From the IMG/VR virus record IMGVR_UViG_3300009034_000010, positions 1-64,000 of that record: a stretch of 64,000 nucleotides of DNA, one strand, 5' to 3'. Position 1 is the first letter of the stretch. Every line of letters begins with the position of its first letter. The DNA comes from a virus. The notes below the pieces were generated by a model. It saw only the letters and a program-made list of their open reading frames with translations, was not told the DNA's origin and did no database searches. Shown here one piece after another: positions 30,666 through 39,937 of the stretch. The position numbers and the translations under genes are program-made.

Positions 30666-32381
30666 TTATTTTCCTCGAATAATTTTCTTAAAACGTCTTG
30701 CAGTAAGCTTTTTTGAAAAACGCTCGTTAGTATTTAATACTAATATAACTGCTTGATCTACAGTATCTTTCTGTTTAATAATAAAAACATAAACATTCCT
30801 TAATTGCCCATCACGATAATTTCGATCTAATGACTGAAGAAAGTGCTCTAAAGAGTAGTCATATGAATAATATATCATATAAGCAGTTTCAACAAGATTC
30901 ATCCCTTTACCAACTGACTCCATAGCCAATAAAACTTTAACAGATTTACTTTTTTGCCATTTCTTTATTTCATCTTTCTTACCGGTCATAAGATATGATT
31001 TTATTTTTTTCTTTCCTAAAACTTTCTGAAGATTCTCAATATCTTCAGTAAACCGACACCAAATTATAACTTTCTCATTCGGGATAGTTTCCAAAATCTC
31101 CAACATAGCAGCCACTTTTGTTGAAAGAAAAGGAATTATTTTTTTATCATCAATAAATGGCTTATAAAATCCACTTGTAATTTCTTGAAGCTTAGTTACT
31201 TTACTAATCGGAAGTGCGTTATTTATTGCTTTTACTTCTTTATCATAATCCACTCCGTTATCTTCAAAAAACTTTTTCATCTTTAAATTAGGATTTATAA
31301 GGCTAAACCCCTCATCAAAACAATCCATGAAATATCTTTGAAATGTCGTAGGAAGAACAACTTCATGTTTAATCGTACGAGAAGGTAAATCAAGACAATC
31401 TTCCTTCTTATAAGAAATTGCCACTGTAAACATAAGTCGTTTAATTATATCAAAGCTATCTTTTTTAAGCACCCATAGTGGAAAATGTTTTCCAACATCA
31501 ATAAAATACTCCTCAAGAAAATCTTGATACCTAAGCCCAAACGTTTGTCCTAACGTCATAACTTTATATTGCGAAAAGACATCCTTCATATTTTTAAGAG
31601 TATTTGGAGTTCCTGTCGCCTCCATCACGTACTTAGCATTCGCCGATACTTGAAAAGCAGCGTCACTTCTCTTAGACTTAGCATTACCTAAAGATCTCGA
31701 TTCATCAAAAATTACAATATCATACAGAGGCAGTTTACCTATATAACGCCACAATGTATCATAAGTCATCACATGCACATAGAACTCTCTCTTTTCATTG
31801 AGTAAAGCATCTGTTTTATCTTCCTTACCTCCCACTATTGGTAAAATAGGGACTTTTAATTTACTATGTTTTTCGAATTCAGGAAGCCAGGTATTAAAAA
31901 CATTTAATTTTGGACAAACAACTAAAACAGTTTTTGCTTGCTTATATGCAAATCTCATTGCAATATTATCTATTGCAACTTTACTTTTTCCAATTCCCAT
32001 ATCAAGAAAAGATCCAAACCGAGGAATTTGGAAAGAGGCGTATAATGTAACTTTTTGAGCATGACGCATTCCTTTAGCAAAAACAGGAAAATTATCAATA
32101 GGTGTTGGTAAGTATTCATTCTCTCGATAAAATTCACATTCATTCATTATCTTAGCGTAATAATCATCTCGTTGAATACATTGATTCAAAAGACTATTAA
32201 GACTACTGTTATTCAAATTAAAAACTAATCTAAAATTTCGAATAAAACTGGGTTGAAGCGGACAAAGATAAAAGGCTCCTTTCTGAATCCATAGAGGAGA
32301 CCCGCATGTTTTAAGCATCTTAGACTGATACGTAGCATGAGTTTTTACTACAATAAATTTATTTCCGATTTTAAATTCCAT
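30666..32381 (-). CDS. SNF2-family helicase
   Basis: Motifs DMGIGKS, VVCP, FDES, ATGTP, GKGMNL, QSLDRNYRDGQ. Confidence 0.9.
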   Translation of the reverse strand: MEFKIGNKFIVVKTHATYQSKMLKTCGSPLWIQKGAFYLCPLQPSFIRNFRLVFNLNNSSLNSLLNQCIQRDDYYAKIMNECEFYRENEYLPTPIDNFPVFAKGMRHAQKVTLYASFQIPRFGSFLDMGIGKSKVAIDNIAMRFAYKQAKTVLVVCPKLNVFNTWLPEFEKHSKLKVPILPIVGGKEDKTDALLNEKREFYVHVMTYDTLWRYIGKLPLYDIVIFDESRSLGNAKSKRSDAAFQVSANAKYVMEATGTPNTLKNMKDVFSQYKVMTLGQTFGLRYQDFLEEYFIDVGKHFPLWVLKKDSFDIIKRLMFTVAISYKKEDCLDLPSRTIKHEVVLPTTFQRYFMDCFDEGFSLINPNLKMKKFFEDNGVDYDKEVKAINNALPISKVTKLQEITSGFYKPFIDDKKIIPFLSTKVAAMLEILETIPNEKVIIWCRFTEDIENLQKVLGKKKIKSYLMTGKKDEIKKWQKSKSVKVLLAMESVGKGMNLVETAYMIYYSYDYSLEHFLQSLDRNYRDGQLRNVYVFIIKQKDTVDQAVILVLNTNERFSKKLTARRFKKIIRGK

Positions 32382-32384
32382 ACG

Positions 32385-32819
32385 CTACTCCGTCTTCAAC
32401 GTCTGCCTGATAGATTCAGGTAAATTATCAAGAATATCGTTGATAATCTGATATAACTTAAACACTTCTTGTTTTTTCGATTCATTAATTTGTTTTAATT
32501 TAGGATTAATTATAAACCCGAAAGAACTAATAATTTCTTTATAATTTCTTAAAGCAAAATTTGCCGGTGTTGATACAATTTGAGTAAAATCCAAAGGATT
32601 TATTCTACAAGATGTATAAGAAAAAGAATGAACTTTATTTTTAAAAATAAAAAGAGATTTAGATATTTCTTTAAAATTTCTTTTATAAGCTAAGAAACCC
32701 ATAACTTCAATATAATCAAAATTATTAAAAATATCAAAATAATTTACAAATGACGAATAAATGTACCTATTCTCAGTTTTAAGTTTGATAGCATGTCGAA
32801 TCAAGATGCCTAGTTTCAT
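32385..32819 (-). CDS. Hypothetical protein
   Basis: 144-aa ORF with an AAGGAG RBS. Confidence 0.6.
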   Translation of the reverse strand: MKLGILIRHAIKLKTENRYIYSSFVNYFDIFNNFDYIEVMGFLAYKRNFKEISKSLFIFKNKVHSFSYTSCRINPLDFTQIVSTPANFALRNYKEIISSFGFIINPKLKQINESKKQEVFKLYQIINDILDNLPESIRQTLKTE

Positions 32820-32914
32820 AAGTTCTCCTTAAAATTAGAAGCTCAAACTATAATAACAAAAAGTCTGAATAAAAACAAGGACTTTTATTTATAAATATTT
32901 ATCGAAAAAACATA

Positions 32915-32955
32915 CGTTTTAGCTATATACTACGTAGTAGTATATAGCTAAAACG
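32915..32955. repeat. Perfect 19-bp inverted repeat with GTA loop
   Basis: CGTTTTAGCTATATACTAC-GTA-GTAGTATATAGCTAAAACG. Confidence 0.95.
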
Positions 32956-33022
32956 ATCATTATTACTATGTAATAATATAATAAAGATCTATAGATTATA
33001 TTAAAATACAGTATTCGTTCTA

Positions 33023-33067
33023 ACAAAAAAGCTATACTACTACGTAGTAGTAGTATAGCTATTTTGT
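33023..33067. repeat. Second inverted repeat with the same core and GTA loop
   Basis: ACAAAAaAGCTATACTACTAC-GTA-GTAGTAGTATAGCTaTTTTGT. Confidence 0.95.
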
Positions 33068-33181
33068 ATGCACCAGATTTTTGAAATACTGAGAAAATAA
33101 AGTATAAGTTTTACTGCCTTCGGCAGTGGTGAAGACTAGTCGCTTCGCTCCCAATCTTCACCAGAAAATAAAGATTTATAA

Positions 33182-33210
33182 TTGACACTGTATAGATTCT
33201 GTGTTAGAGT
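33182..33210 (+). promoter_or_regulatory. Sigma70-type promoter
   Basis: TTGACA-17 nt-TAGAGT with extended TG; followed by AGGAGG and ATG 33231. Confidence 0.7.
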
Positions 33211-33230
33211 CTAAACTCAGGAGGCTGTAT

Positions 33231-33761
33231 ATGATAATTAATTCTACCTCATTATTTATTAAATTTTATAATGAAAGAGTTCCCAATTGGAAAAAGATAA
33301 CAGCATCAAATTTAGAAAAAGATAAAAATTTAGATAGAGTAATTAAATCTATAGGTCGATTTATTTTAAAGAATAATTTGGATTCAAAAAGATTAGTCGA
33401 TGCTGTTATAGACTATTATTACAAAAAAAATAAGCGATATCCAACAATTTTTTTATTTAGTGATCATGAAGCGCTAAGTCTTTATAAAAACTATGAGTTA
33501 GCTCATGATATAGACCTCACTGAAGAGCAAAAAATTAGACTTTCTGTAAAAAAAACTAAATTACTCGTAAAAAAATTGCAAAAATTTGGCATTATTATAA
33601 GTGAGGCTATACGATCACTCGGCATAACCGGAAAAGGTGATCCATATTTTCTTTTAGCTTATGGAATTCGAGAAGGGATTTCAGAAAAGTACCTTGAACT
33701 TTGGGACAAGGATGACAAAATTAAAAAAATTGTTTTAGACGAAATTTTTATTGACAAATAA
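33231..33761 (+). CDS. Hypothetical protein, first gene of the right arm
   Basis: ORF with a strong RBS. Confidence 0.7.
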   Translation: MIINSTSLFIKFYNERVPNWKKITASNLEKDKNLDRVIKSIGRFILKNNLDSKRLVDAVIDYYYKKNKRYPTIFLFSDHEALSLYKNYELAHDIDLTEEQKIRLSVKKTKLLVKKLQKFGIIISEAIRSLGITGKGDPYFLLAYGIREGISEKYLELWDKDDKIKKIVLDEIFIDK

Positions 33762-33779
33762 ATCCAATTATATTATATT
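33751..33779 (+). promoter_or_regulatory. Sigma70-type promoter
   Basis: TTGACA-17 nt-TATATT ahead of a 300-bp noncoding leader. Confidence 0.7.
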
Positions 33780-34064
33780 TATCCTATACGAAAAATTTAC
33801 GAAGCATTTTGAAGCAATTATAAGTCTTCCCAGTAAGTCTTCCAAAAAATAGAATAAAGAACAAAAATAAAAAAATTTTAAAATCAGCAGCGTGATTCTG
33901 CAAAAAACTAATCCAATATTAAAAATGTGAGCTGACGTTTTATATTGAGAAGTATGCCCTTAACACATGGTGCGGAAAATTGTATAATTCCTTGGCTCGT
34001 ACATCTCACAGCGTAATCTGTCTAAACTAAATATTGTTATTTCTTCAAATAATTAAAAAGGGTC

Positions 34065-34622
34065 TTGTCTATGGATTTAAGAGAGTTTCTTGAGAAACAT
34101 GAACTTGATGAAGAGTTAAAGCATATGCGAGGAGGTAAATTGTGTACAGCTTATCCACGAATAGATTGCAACATTGCTGATACAGTCGATGAAGTGGCAG
34201 AGTTACACAAAGTATCCGGCGCATATTATTTCTATGGTTCTATTTCTTGTATGCTTCTTGAAGCTAAAGAAAAATTAGAAGTAAGCTTAGCCGCTCAGAA
34301 AGAAAGGTTAAATGATAGCTTATTAGTACGAAAGTCTGCTGTGTACTTGCAAAGACAAATGGAGTTGACGCAAGCGGCTGCTCGATGTACCGATAAAGTT
34401 CTTGAAAACCTTGTAAATTCTGATGAACAGGTGATTTCCATTAAAGGACAATTAAACCAGTTATCAGACTTGAAAGCAAAAATTGTAGAACTCGGAAGTG
34501 CGGAAAATAAAGTAAAAGTTATACTGAAAGCATTATTGCTAAAACAAGACGATCTTATAGAAATTTCCAGGCGCAAAAAAGAAGAGTTAAAATCAATAGG
34601 ACATTTACACACAGAAAGGTAA
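34065..34622 (+). CDS. UvsY-like recombination mediator
   Basis: Helical, TDKVLENLVNSDEQV motif, adjacent to the SSB. Confidence 0.5.
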   Translation: MSMDLREFLEKHELDEELKHMRGGKLCTAYPRIDCNIADTVDEVAELHKVSGAYYFYGSISCMLLEAKEKLEVSLAAQKERLNDSLLVRKSAVYLQRQMELTQAAARCTDKVLENLVNSDEQVISIKGQLNQLSDLKAKIVELGSAENKVKVILKALLLKQDDLIEISRRKKEELKSIGHLHTER

Positions 34623-34628
34623 TAACAC

Positions 34629-36032
34629 ATGCAAATATTTGGTCAAGCTTCAAACAACAACTCTGGTGACAGTCAGGGTAAAGTAATAGAATGTGGCGCT
34701 CATACTATAAAAGTAAAAAGAGCTTCTCATCTATCATTGGGCATACATCCGGTAAGATTCTACCCTTTAAGTCCTGAGTTTTATCAGGGCGCAGATTACC
34801 CTTATATCGTTCAAAGTTTTCATTGGATCAACAGACAGCCCGGTATCTGTCGCCGTACTAGCTACGATTATACAGTGCCTGATACTCATCAAAAGCCTCT
34901 TGTGGACACACAATGTCCAATCTGTAGAGAGAAGTTTGCTTTATACGCAAAAGCCAAGGAACTCGGTTATACGAAAGATAAAGGGTATACAGGAAGCCCT
35001 CCAGCCAGTGTATCATACCATAAGGCTGCCAAAGCTCTTAATGAGAGAGTCGGGGCTGCATCTTTAGTTTCTTTCGTAGAAAATGGAATGTTAGCGTTTC
35101 CTGTTGTTCTTACTTACGGGAAAGAATTGCTGGATCAGATTGAGTTCCATGCAAAACGTATTGAAGATAGCTCTGGTGTTAATATTTGTGATCCACAACG
35201 TGGATATATGTTTGACATTATCATCGGAACTAAAGATAATTCAAAACAAAGAGACTACAGACAGTCGGTTCCTTCAATCAACGGCAATGCTGTTGACATT
35301 ACCGGAAATGCTTGGAAGTGGGAAGAGGTTTGTCATGCTATAAAGGCTGAGATAGTACCTATTCCGACACCTGAGCAGGTAATAGAGTTTTATAAGACCA
35401 ATCAAGCCGGTAATCAACAGACTTTTATTCATCCTGCTCTCCAGAGTGAGGCGGTAAATATTGGTCAGCCTGTAAACGCTGGTCTGATTAATAATCCGGT
35501 AAATCCGGGTGCAGTTGTCAACCCAGGTGCAGTAGTGAATCCGAGCACTGTAGTTAATCCGGGTGCAGTTGTCAACCCAGGTGCAGTAGTGAATCCGAGC
35601 ACTGTAGTTAATCCGGGTGCAGTAGTGAATCCAGGTGCAGTTGTCAATCCAGGAAATGCTGGAAATAACGAAGCTATCCCTAAGTTTACTCCGGCTACTA
35701 CAGTTAGCGAAGTAGACCTATGCCATGCTTTTAATGCGAATGCAGTAGGTTATGATGAGCAGGATTCAAACTGTAAAAGATGTCTTAAAGCTCAGTCTTG
35801 TTTTGATGCGAAAAGTAAAAGGGCTGCGAATGTTGTTAATCCTGGGAATAATCATGTTGTTCAACCTGCGAATAACGGTCAGGTGGTCAATAATAGTCCC
35901 AATGTAGCGGTAACTCCAGGTGCAGTAGTGAATCCGGGTTCTGTAGTTATAAATGCAAATCCAGGGAACGGGCAAAATGTTGCCGATGATGTACAGACAA
36001 GATTGTCTGTTTTGAACAGTGAAATGCAATAG
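34629..36032 (+). CDS. gp32-like single-stranded DNA-binding protein with a repetitive C-terminal half
   Basis: Motifs VRFYP, FHW, C...CPIC, DPQRGYMFDI; followed by VVNPG repeats. Confidence 0.75.
   Translation: MQIFGQASNNNSGDSQGKVIECGAHTIKVKRASHLSLGIHPVRFYPLSPEFYQGADYPYIVQSFHWINRQPGICRRTSYDYTVPDTHQKPLVDTQCPICREKFALYAKAKELGYTKDKGYTGSPPASVSYHKAAKALNERVGAASLVSFVENGMLAFPVVLTYGKELLDQIEFHAKRIEDSSGVNICDPQRGYMFDIIIGTKDNSKQRDYRQSVPSINGNAVDITGNAWKWEEVCHAIKAEIVPIPTPEQVIEFYKTNQAGNQQTFIHPALQSEAVNIGQPVNAGLINNPVNPGAVVNPGAVVNPSTVVNPGAVVNPGAVVNPSTVVNPGAVVNPGAVVNPGNAGNNEAIPKFTPATTVSEVDLCHAFNANAVGYDEQDSNCKRCLKAQSCFDAKSKRAANVVNPGNNHVVQPANNGQVVNNSPNVAVTPGAVVNPGSVVINANPGNGQNVADDVQTRLSVLNSEMQ
35499..35655 (+). 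repeat. 18-bp coding tandem repeat with a 54-bp higher-order unit
   Basis: AATCCGGGTGCAGTTGTC/AACCCAGGTGCAGTAGTG/AATCCGAGCACTGTAGTT repeated; encodes NPGAVV/NPSTVV. Confidence 0.95.
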
Positions 36033-36043
36033 TAGGAAACGAT

Positions 36044-36111
36044 GTAAAGGAGTATTGGGTAACAAGACAAAGTAGTATAACAACGACTTGGTTGGCTCAA
36101 TACTCCTTTAC
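36044..36111 (+). other. Long intergenic stem-loop between SSB and RNR
   Basis: 14-bp perfect arms GTAAAGGAGTATTG/CAATACTCCTTTAC, extendable with G-U pairs. Confidence 0.7.
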
Positions 36112-36134
36112 TCAAAAATATTGAAAGATGATAT

Positions 36135-38123
36135 ATGTTTGTTGAAAAAAGATTTAAATTACCAGATGATATTGTAGATATTCAAAAGAAATACCCGGTC
36201 AAATTTGGATTTAACGGTTTTGGTGAAATCGTATATTATACGAACTATAGTCGAAAAAAATCCAATGGAGTTCAAGAAAAATGGGGAGATACTTGTCGTA
36301 GAGTGGTAGAAGGATCGATGAGTATCAGAAAAAATTGGTATTTAACGCATGGTCTCAAATGGGATGATTTTTATTGGACTAAAGAAGCTGTTGACTTATT
36401 TTTTTATATTTATGTTTTAAAGCTTCTTCCTCCAGGAAGAGGTCTTTGGGCGCAAGGTACACAATATGTGTATGAAAGAGGTTCAATGGCTCTTAATAAC
36501 TGCGGAGCTTCCGCAGTTAAAAATGGCTCTTTTGCAGAAGATATAGGGTGGATAATGGATGCTCTTATGTGTGGTACTGGAATCGGTCTTAGAGTCTTTA
36601 CGGATAATACTTTAAGAGATTCACTGTATATTCCACCTGTTGATAGTGAAATAATGTTTACAGTAGAAGATTCACGAGAAGGATGGATTAAATCTGTCAT
36701 AGGACTTTTGAAATCTTATAATAAAAGTTACAATGAACATAACAGATCTTATATCTTTGATTACAGTAAAGTTAGGAAACTTGGTGAACCTATAAAAGGG
36801 TTTGGAGGTACAGCTTCAGGACCAGAACCTCTCATACTTCTTCATACCCGCATAAGAGAATTTATGCAATCTTTTATTACTAAGAAAAGTAGTAGCATAA
36901 GATTGATCGCTGATATTGCAAATAGTGTTGGTGCTTGTATCATTGCTGGAAATGTTAGAAGAAGTGCTGAACAAATTTGTGGTTCTCTTCATGATGAAAC
37001 ATTTTTAAACTTAAAAAATTATAAATTGAATCCCGAAAGAGAAGAAATCGGTTGGATGAGTAATAATACTGTTGGATTGGAACATGTTAATGATTTTTTG
37101 AAATTAGATAACATTATAGAAACTATTTGTGATAATGGGGAGCCAGGATTACTCAATTTATTAAACTTACGTAAGTATGAGAGATATGGACATATTGGAA
37201 GACCTGATCCAGCTATTATGTCTAATCCTTGTGGAGAAGTTGGACAGGAAGATAAAGAACTTTGTAATTTAATGGAACTTTTTCCGGTACGAGCAAAATC
37301 TAAAAAAGAGTGGCTTCGAATGTGCGAATTAGGCACAATGTATGCCACAAGTGTTTCTTTATTACCTACTCATGATGAGCGTACAAATGCAGTGATAGCT
37401 CGTAACAGAAGAATCGGGCTTTCTATTTGTGGAGTCAGTGATTGGTTTGATAAGTGGGGTGCTTTCAAAATAGTTCGATTCATGAGAGACGGTTACTCTC
37501 ATATTAAAGAAGCAGCTAAATTTTTTAATGAACAAGCCGGGGTTCCAACTCCTATCAGGATTACAACCGTTAAACCTTCCGGTACAGTCAGTCAGTTGGC
37601 AGGCGTAAGCCCAGGAATGCATTTTCCGACTCATACTTATGCAATAAGACGCATGAGAATAAGCGAAACCAGTCCTGTGTTAAAGGTGCTTGAAGAAGCT
37701 GGTATTCCAATAGAGGATGATGTTTATGTTAAAGGTACAACTAAAGTAATCGAATATCCAATTTATACAGGAACTACACGCCCAGTATCTCAAGTATCAG
37801 CCTGGGAGCAATTTTCACTTCTTGCTTTACTTCAGAGAGAATGGTCGGATAATATGGTTTCGTGTACAATAAACTTTAAAGATTCAGAGAAACCAGATTT
37901 ATCAAGAATGTTAGCACATTATATTCCACTTATTAAATCTGTTTCTTTATTACCTTTTAAAGATAACGTTTACCCACAAATGCCTTATGAAGGTATTTCA
38001 GAAAAAGAATATACAGAGAGATTATCATGTTTAAAAAAGATAGATTGGAGTGGTTTTGAAGGATCAGACGGGAAAGAGAACAAATACTGCTCTAACGATT
38101 CATGCGAAATTTATTCCCGTTAG
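36135..38123 (+). CDS. nrdJ: Class II (B12-dependent) monomeric ribonucleotide reductase
   Basis: Motifs PPGRGLW, ALNNC, GNVRRSA, NPCGE, CNL, TTVKPSGTVS, C-terminal CxxxxC. Confidence 0.95.
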   Translation: MFVEKRFKLPDDIVDIQKKYPVKFGFNGFGEIVYYTNYSRKKSNGVQEKWGDTCRRVVEGSMSIRKNWYLTHGLKWDDFYWTKEAVDLFFYIYVLKLLPPGRGLWAQGTQYVYERGSMALNNCGASAVKNGSFAEDIGWIMDALMCGTGIGLRVFTDNTLRDSLYIPPVDSEIMFTVEDSREGWIKSVIGLLKSYNKSYNEHNRSYIFDYSKVRKLGEPIKGFGGTASGPEPLILLHTRIREFMQSFITKKSSSIRLIADIANSVGACIIAGNVRRSAEQICGSLHDETFLNLKNYKLNPEREEIGWMSNNTVGLEHVNDFLKLDNIIETICDNGEPGLLNLLNLRKYERYGHIGRPDPAIMSNPCGEVGQEDKELCNLMELFPVRAKSKKEWLRMCELGTMYATSVSLLPTHDERTNAVIARNRRIGLSICGVSDWFDKWGAFKIVRFMRDGYSHIKEAAKFFNEQAGVPTPIRITTVKPSGTVSQLAGVSPGMHFPTHTYAIRRMRISETSPVLKVLEEAGIPIEDDVYVKGTTKVIEYPIYTGTTRPVSQVSAWEQFSLLALLQREWSDNMVSCTINFKDSEKPDLSRMLAHYIPLIKSVSLLPFKDNVYPQMPYEGISEKEYTERLSCLKKIDWSGFEGSDGKENKYCSNDSCEIYSR

Positions 38124-38131
38124 AGGTAGTT

Positions 38132-38899
38132 ATGAAGAACAGTATTTTAAAATTTTGTGATGTTTATGAACGAGGAGCAGATACAAACGCTCTTTTGGAA
38201 AGTCTGGACGATACGATAAATAAAATTGTTCGGTCATGTTTTAAAAGATTTTGTGGATCAATTGATGCAGATGATATAGCTCAGGAAGTAAGGATTCATT
38301 TATGGGAAGACATATTTGAACATCCTGAGAAAAATTATTTGGAAAATATGGGTGCTGTAGAAGCTTATAAATACTTAACTACCACTATTAAATCTTGGGT
38401 TTGGAGAGCAATAGAACGTTCAAAAAATGAGAATGTACCGACTGCTTATGAAGAAGATGGAATAAGTGTTTCACTTTTTGTTACACTTTCTATGTTCGAT
38501 ATTGAATATACAAATTTTAATTCTCATGAGAGTATAAGAGACTATATACAGTTACTTCGGGATAATTGTTCAGATATACCAAGAGGTCAAATAGTTCTGG
38601 AATATCTTGCACCTAAAGAAGATATAGACGATAGTGCACCTTCTTTTAAATATGCAGGACTTTCATCAAGTACGTTCTATAAAACGATAAAATTACTTAA
38701 AGAAAGAGCTAAAAGACTTCTTAATGACGAACCTTTCTTGCTTCATAAGAGAGGTAAAGGTAACGTAAAATTAACTGAAACTCAGATACTTGAAATCAGG
38801 GAGAGTCCGTTAAGATTAGAAAAATTGTCTAAAATGTACAAGGTGACAGTTTCCACCATAAGTAATATTAGAAATAAAAAATCTTGGAAAAATATTTAA
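38132..38899 (+). CDS. Sigma-factor-like protein with an extra C-terminal HTH
   Basis: Region-2-like DADDIAQEVRIHLW...YLTTTIK; region-4-like GLSSSTFYK. Confidence 0.6.
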   Translation: MKNSILKFCDVYERGADTNALLESLDDTINKIVRSCFKRFCGSIDADDIAQEVRIHLWEDIFEHPEKNYLENMGAVEAYKYLTTTIKSWVWRAIERSKNENVPTAYEEDGISVSLFVTLSMFDIEYTNFNSHESIRDYIQLLRDNCSDIPRGQIVLEYLAPKEDIDDSAPSFKYAGLSSSTFYKTIKLLKERAKRLLNDEPFLLHKRGKGNVKLTETQILEIRESPLRLEKLSKMYKVTVSTISNIRNKKSWKNI

Positions 38900-38901
38900 T
38901 T

Positions 38902-39930
38902 ATGAGCGAAGATAAAAAGAAAACGAAAAAGACTGAGAAGAAGAAAGAGCCAACTTTAAAGGAAAGAGTAGATGTTATTCTTATGGGTGCTCTTGGAGAA
39001 TTTATTCTACCAACCACGATAACAGGACAAATAAAATCAAGTTGGATTACATTTAATAAATTTGCTCCAATAGAGTTTGGTACAAGTGTCTTACTTTATG
39101 GCGCTTCTCAGTCTGGCAAATCTGTTATGATGATGAAATTGGGAGCTGCTATCCAGAAAATGGGTGGACTATTCGTATGCTTCAATACAGAAGCTGCAAA
39201 CAGAGATATTATATTTCTTGAAAAAGCAATACCTGAATTAAATTATAAAGATATAGCTTTCTATCAACCAAACACAATCGAACATGTTTTTGATTGTATC
39301 AATTTGATAATCGATAATGCTAAAATAGACGGTCCTCCTATTTTTATAGCTGTTGATTCTATAAGTGCTTGCGCTACAAAACATGAGTTAGGTACATCTA
39401 TGGAAAAAGCGGCTATGGAAGGTGCCAGAATAGCAGGACTTATATCAACTGGCTTAAGACAATCTACTTGTCGCTTGAGTAAGAAACCGATTGTACTTTG
39501 TTTGGTTTCTCAAGAAAGAGAAACTGTAGGAATGTTTGAAAAAGAGAAAACGAAACCAACGGGTGGACGTGCTCCTCAATTTCATGCTTCAACCACTCTT
39601 TATACTCGTGGACATAATGTTCTTTACAGAAACGAAGAAAATGGAGAATATAAAGCTAAGGCCGCAACTCCATTTCAACCTGCTGCGGCTAAAGAGTGTT
39701 CTTTAGAACTTCAGAAGAGTCGTTTTTCTGCCGGTGGTAATAGAATGACTTATATCATTGACTATACTACTGGAATCTCTGATAATGATGGTTTATTTGA
39801 TCTTCTCGTTTATCAAAAGACGCTTGTACAAGCGGGGAGTTGGTATGCATTTGGAAAAGAAAAGTTTTATAGAAAAGATTTTAACGAGTTTTTAAAGACT
39901 CATCCACAACTTTTAGATATGGTAAAATGA
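38902..39930 (+). CDS. recA: RecA/UvsX-like recombinase
   Basis: Motifs GASQSGKS, AVDSIS, SQ.R, PTGGRAPQFHAS, QAGSWY. Confidence 0.9.
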   Translation: MSEDKKKTKKTEKKKEPTLKERVDVILMGALGEFILPTTITGQIKSSWITFNKFAPIEFGTSVLLYGASQSGKSVMMMKLGAAIQKMGGLFVCFNTEAANRDIIFLEKAIPELNYKDIAFYQPNTIEHVFDCINLIIDNAKIDGPPIFIAVDSISACATKHELGTSMEKAAMEGARIAGLISTGLRQSTCRLSKKPIVLCLVSQERETVGMFEKEKTKPTGGRAPQFHASTTLYTRGHNVLYRNEENGEYKAKAATPFQPAAAKECSLELQKSRFSAGGNRMTYIIDYTTGISDNDGLFDLLVYQKTLVQAGSWYAFGKEKFYRKDFNEFLKTHPQLLDMVK

Positions 39931-39937
39931 GTTTATT

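Noticed and set aside
1671-31800. Plus-strand ORFs within the left arm (e.g. 11258-11938) and minus-strand ORFs in the right arm
   Set aside because: Antisense shadows of well-supported genes, without RBS or recognisable motifs.
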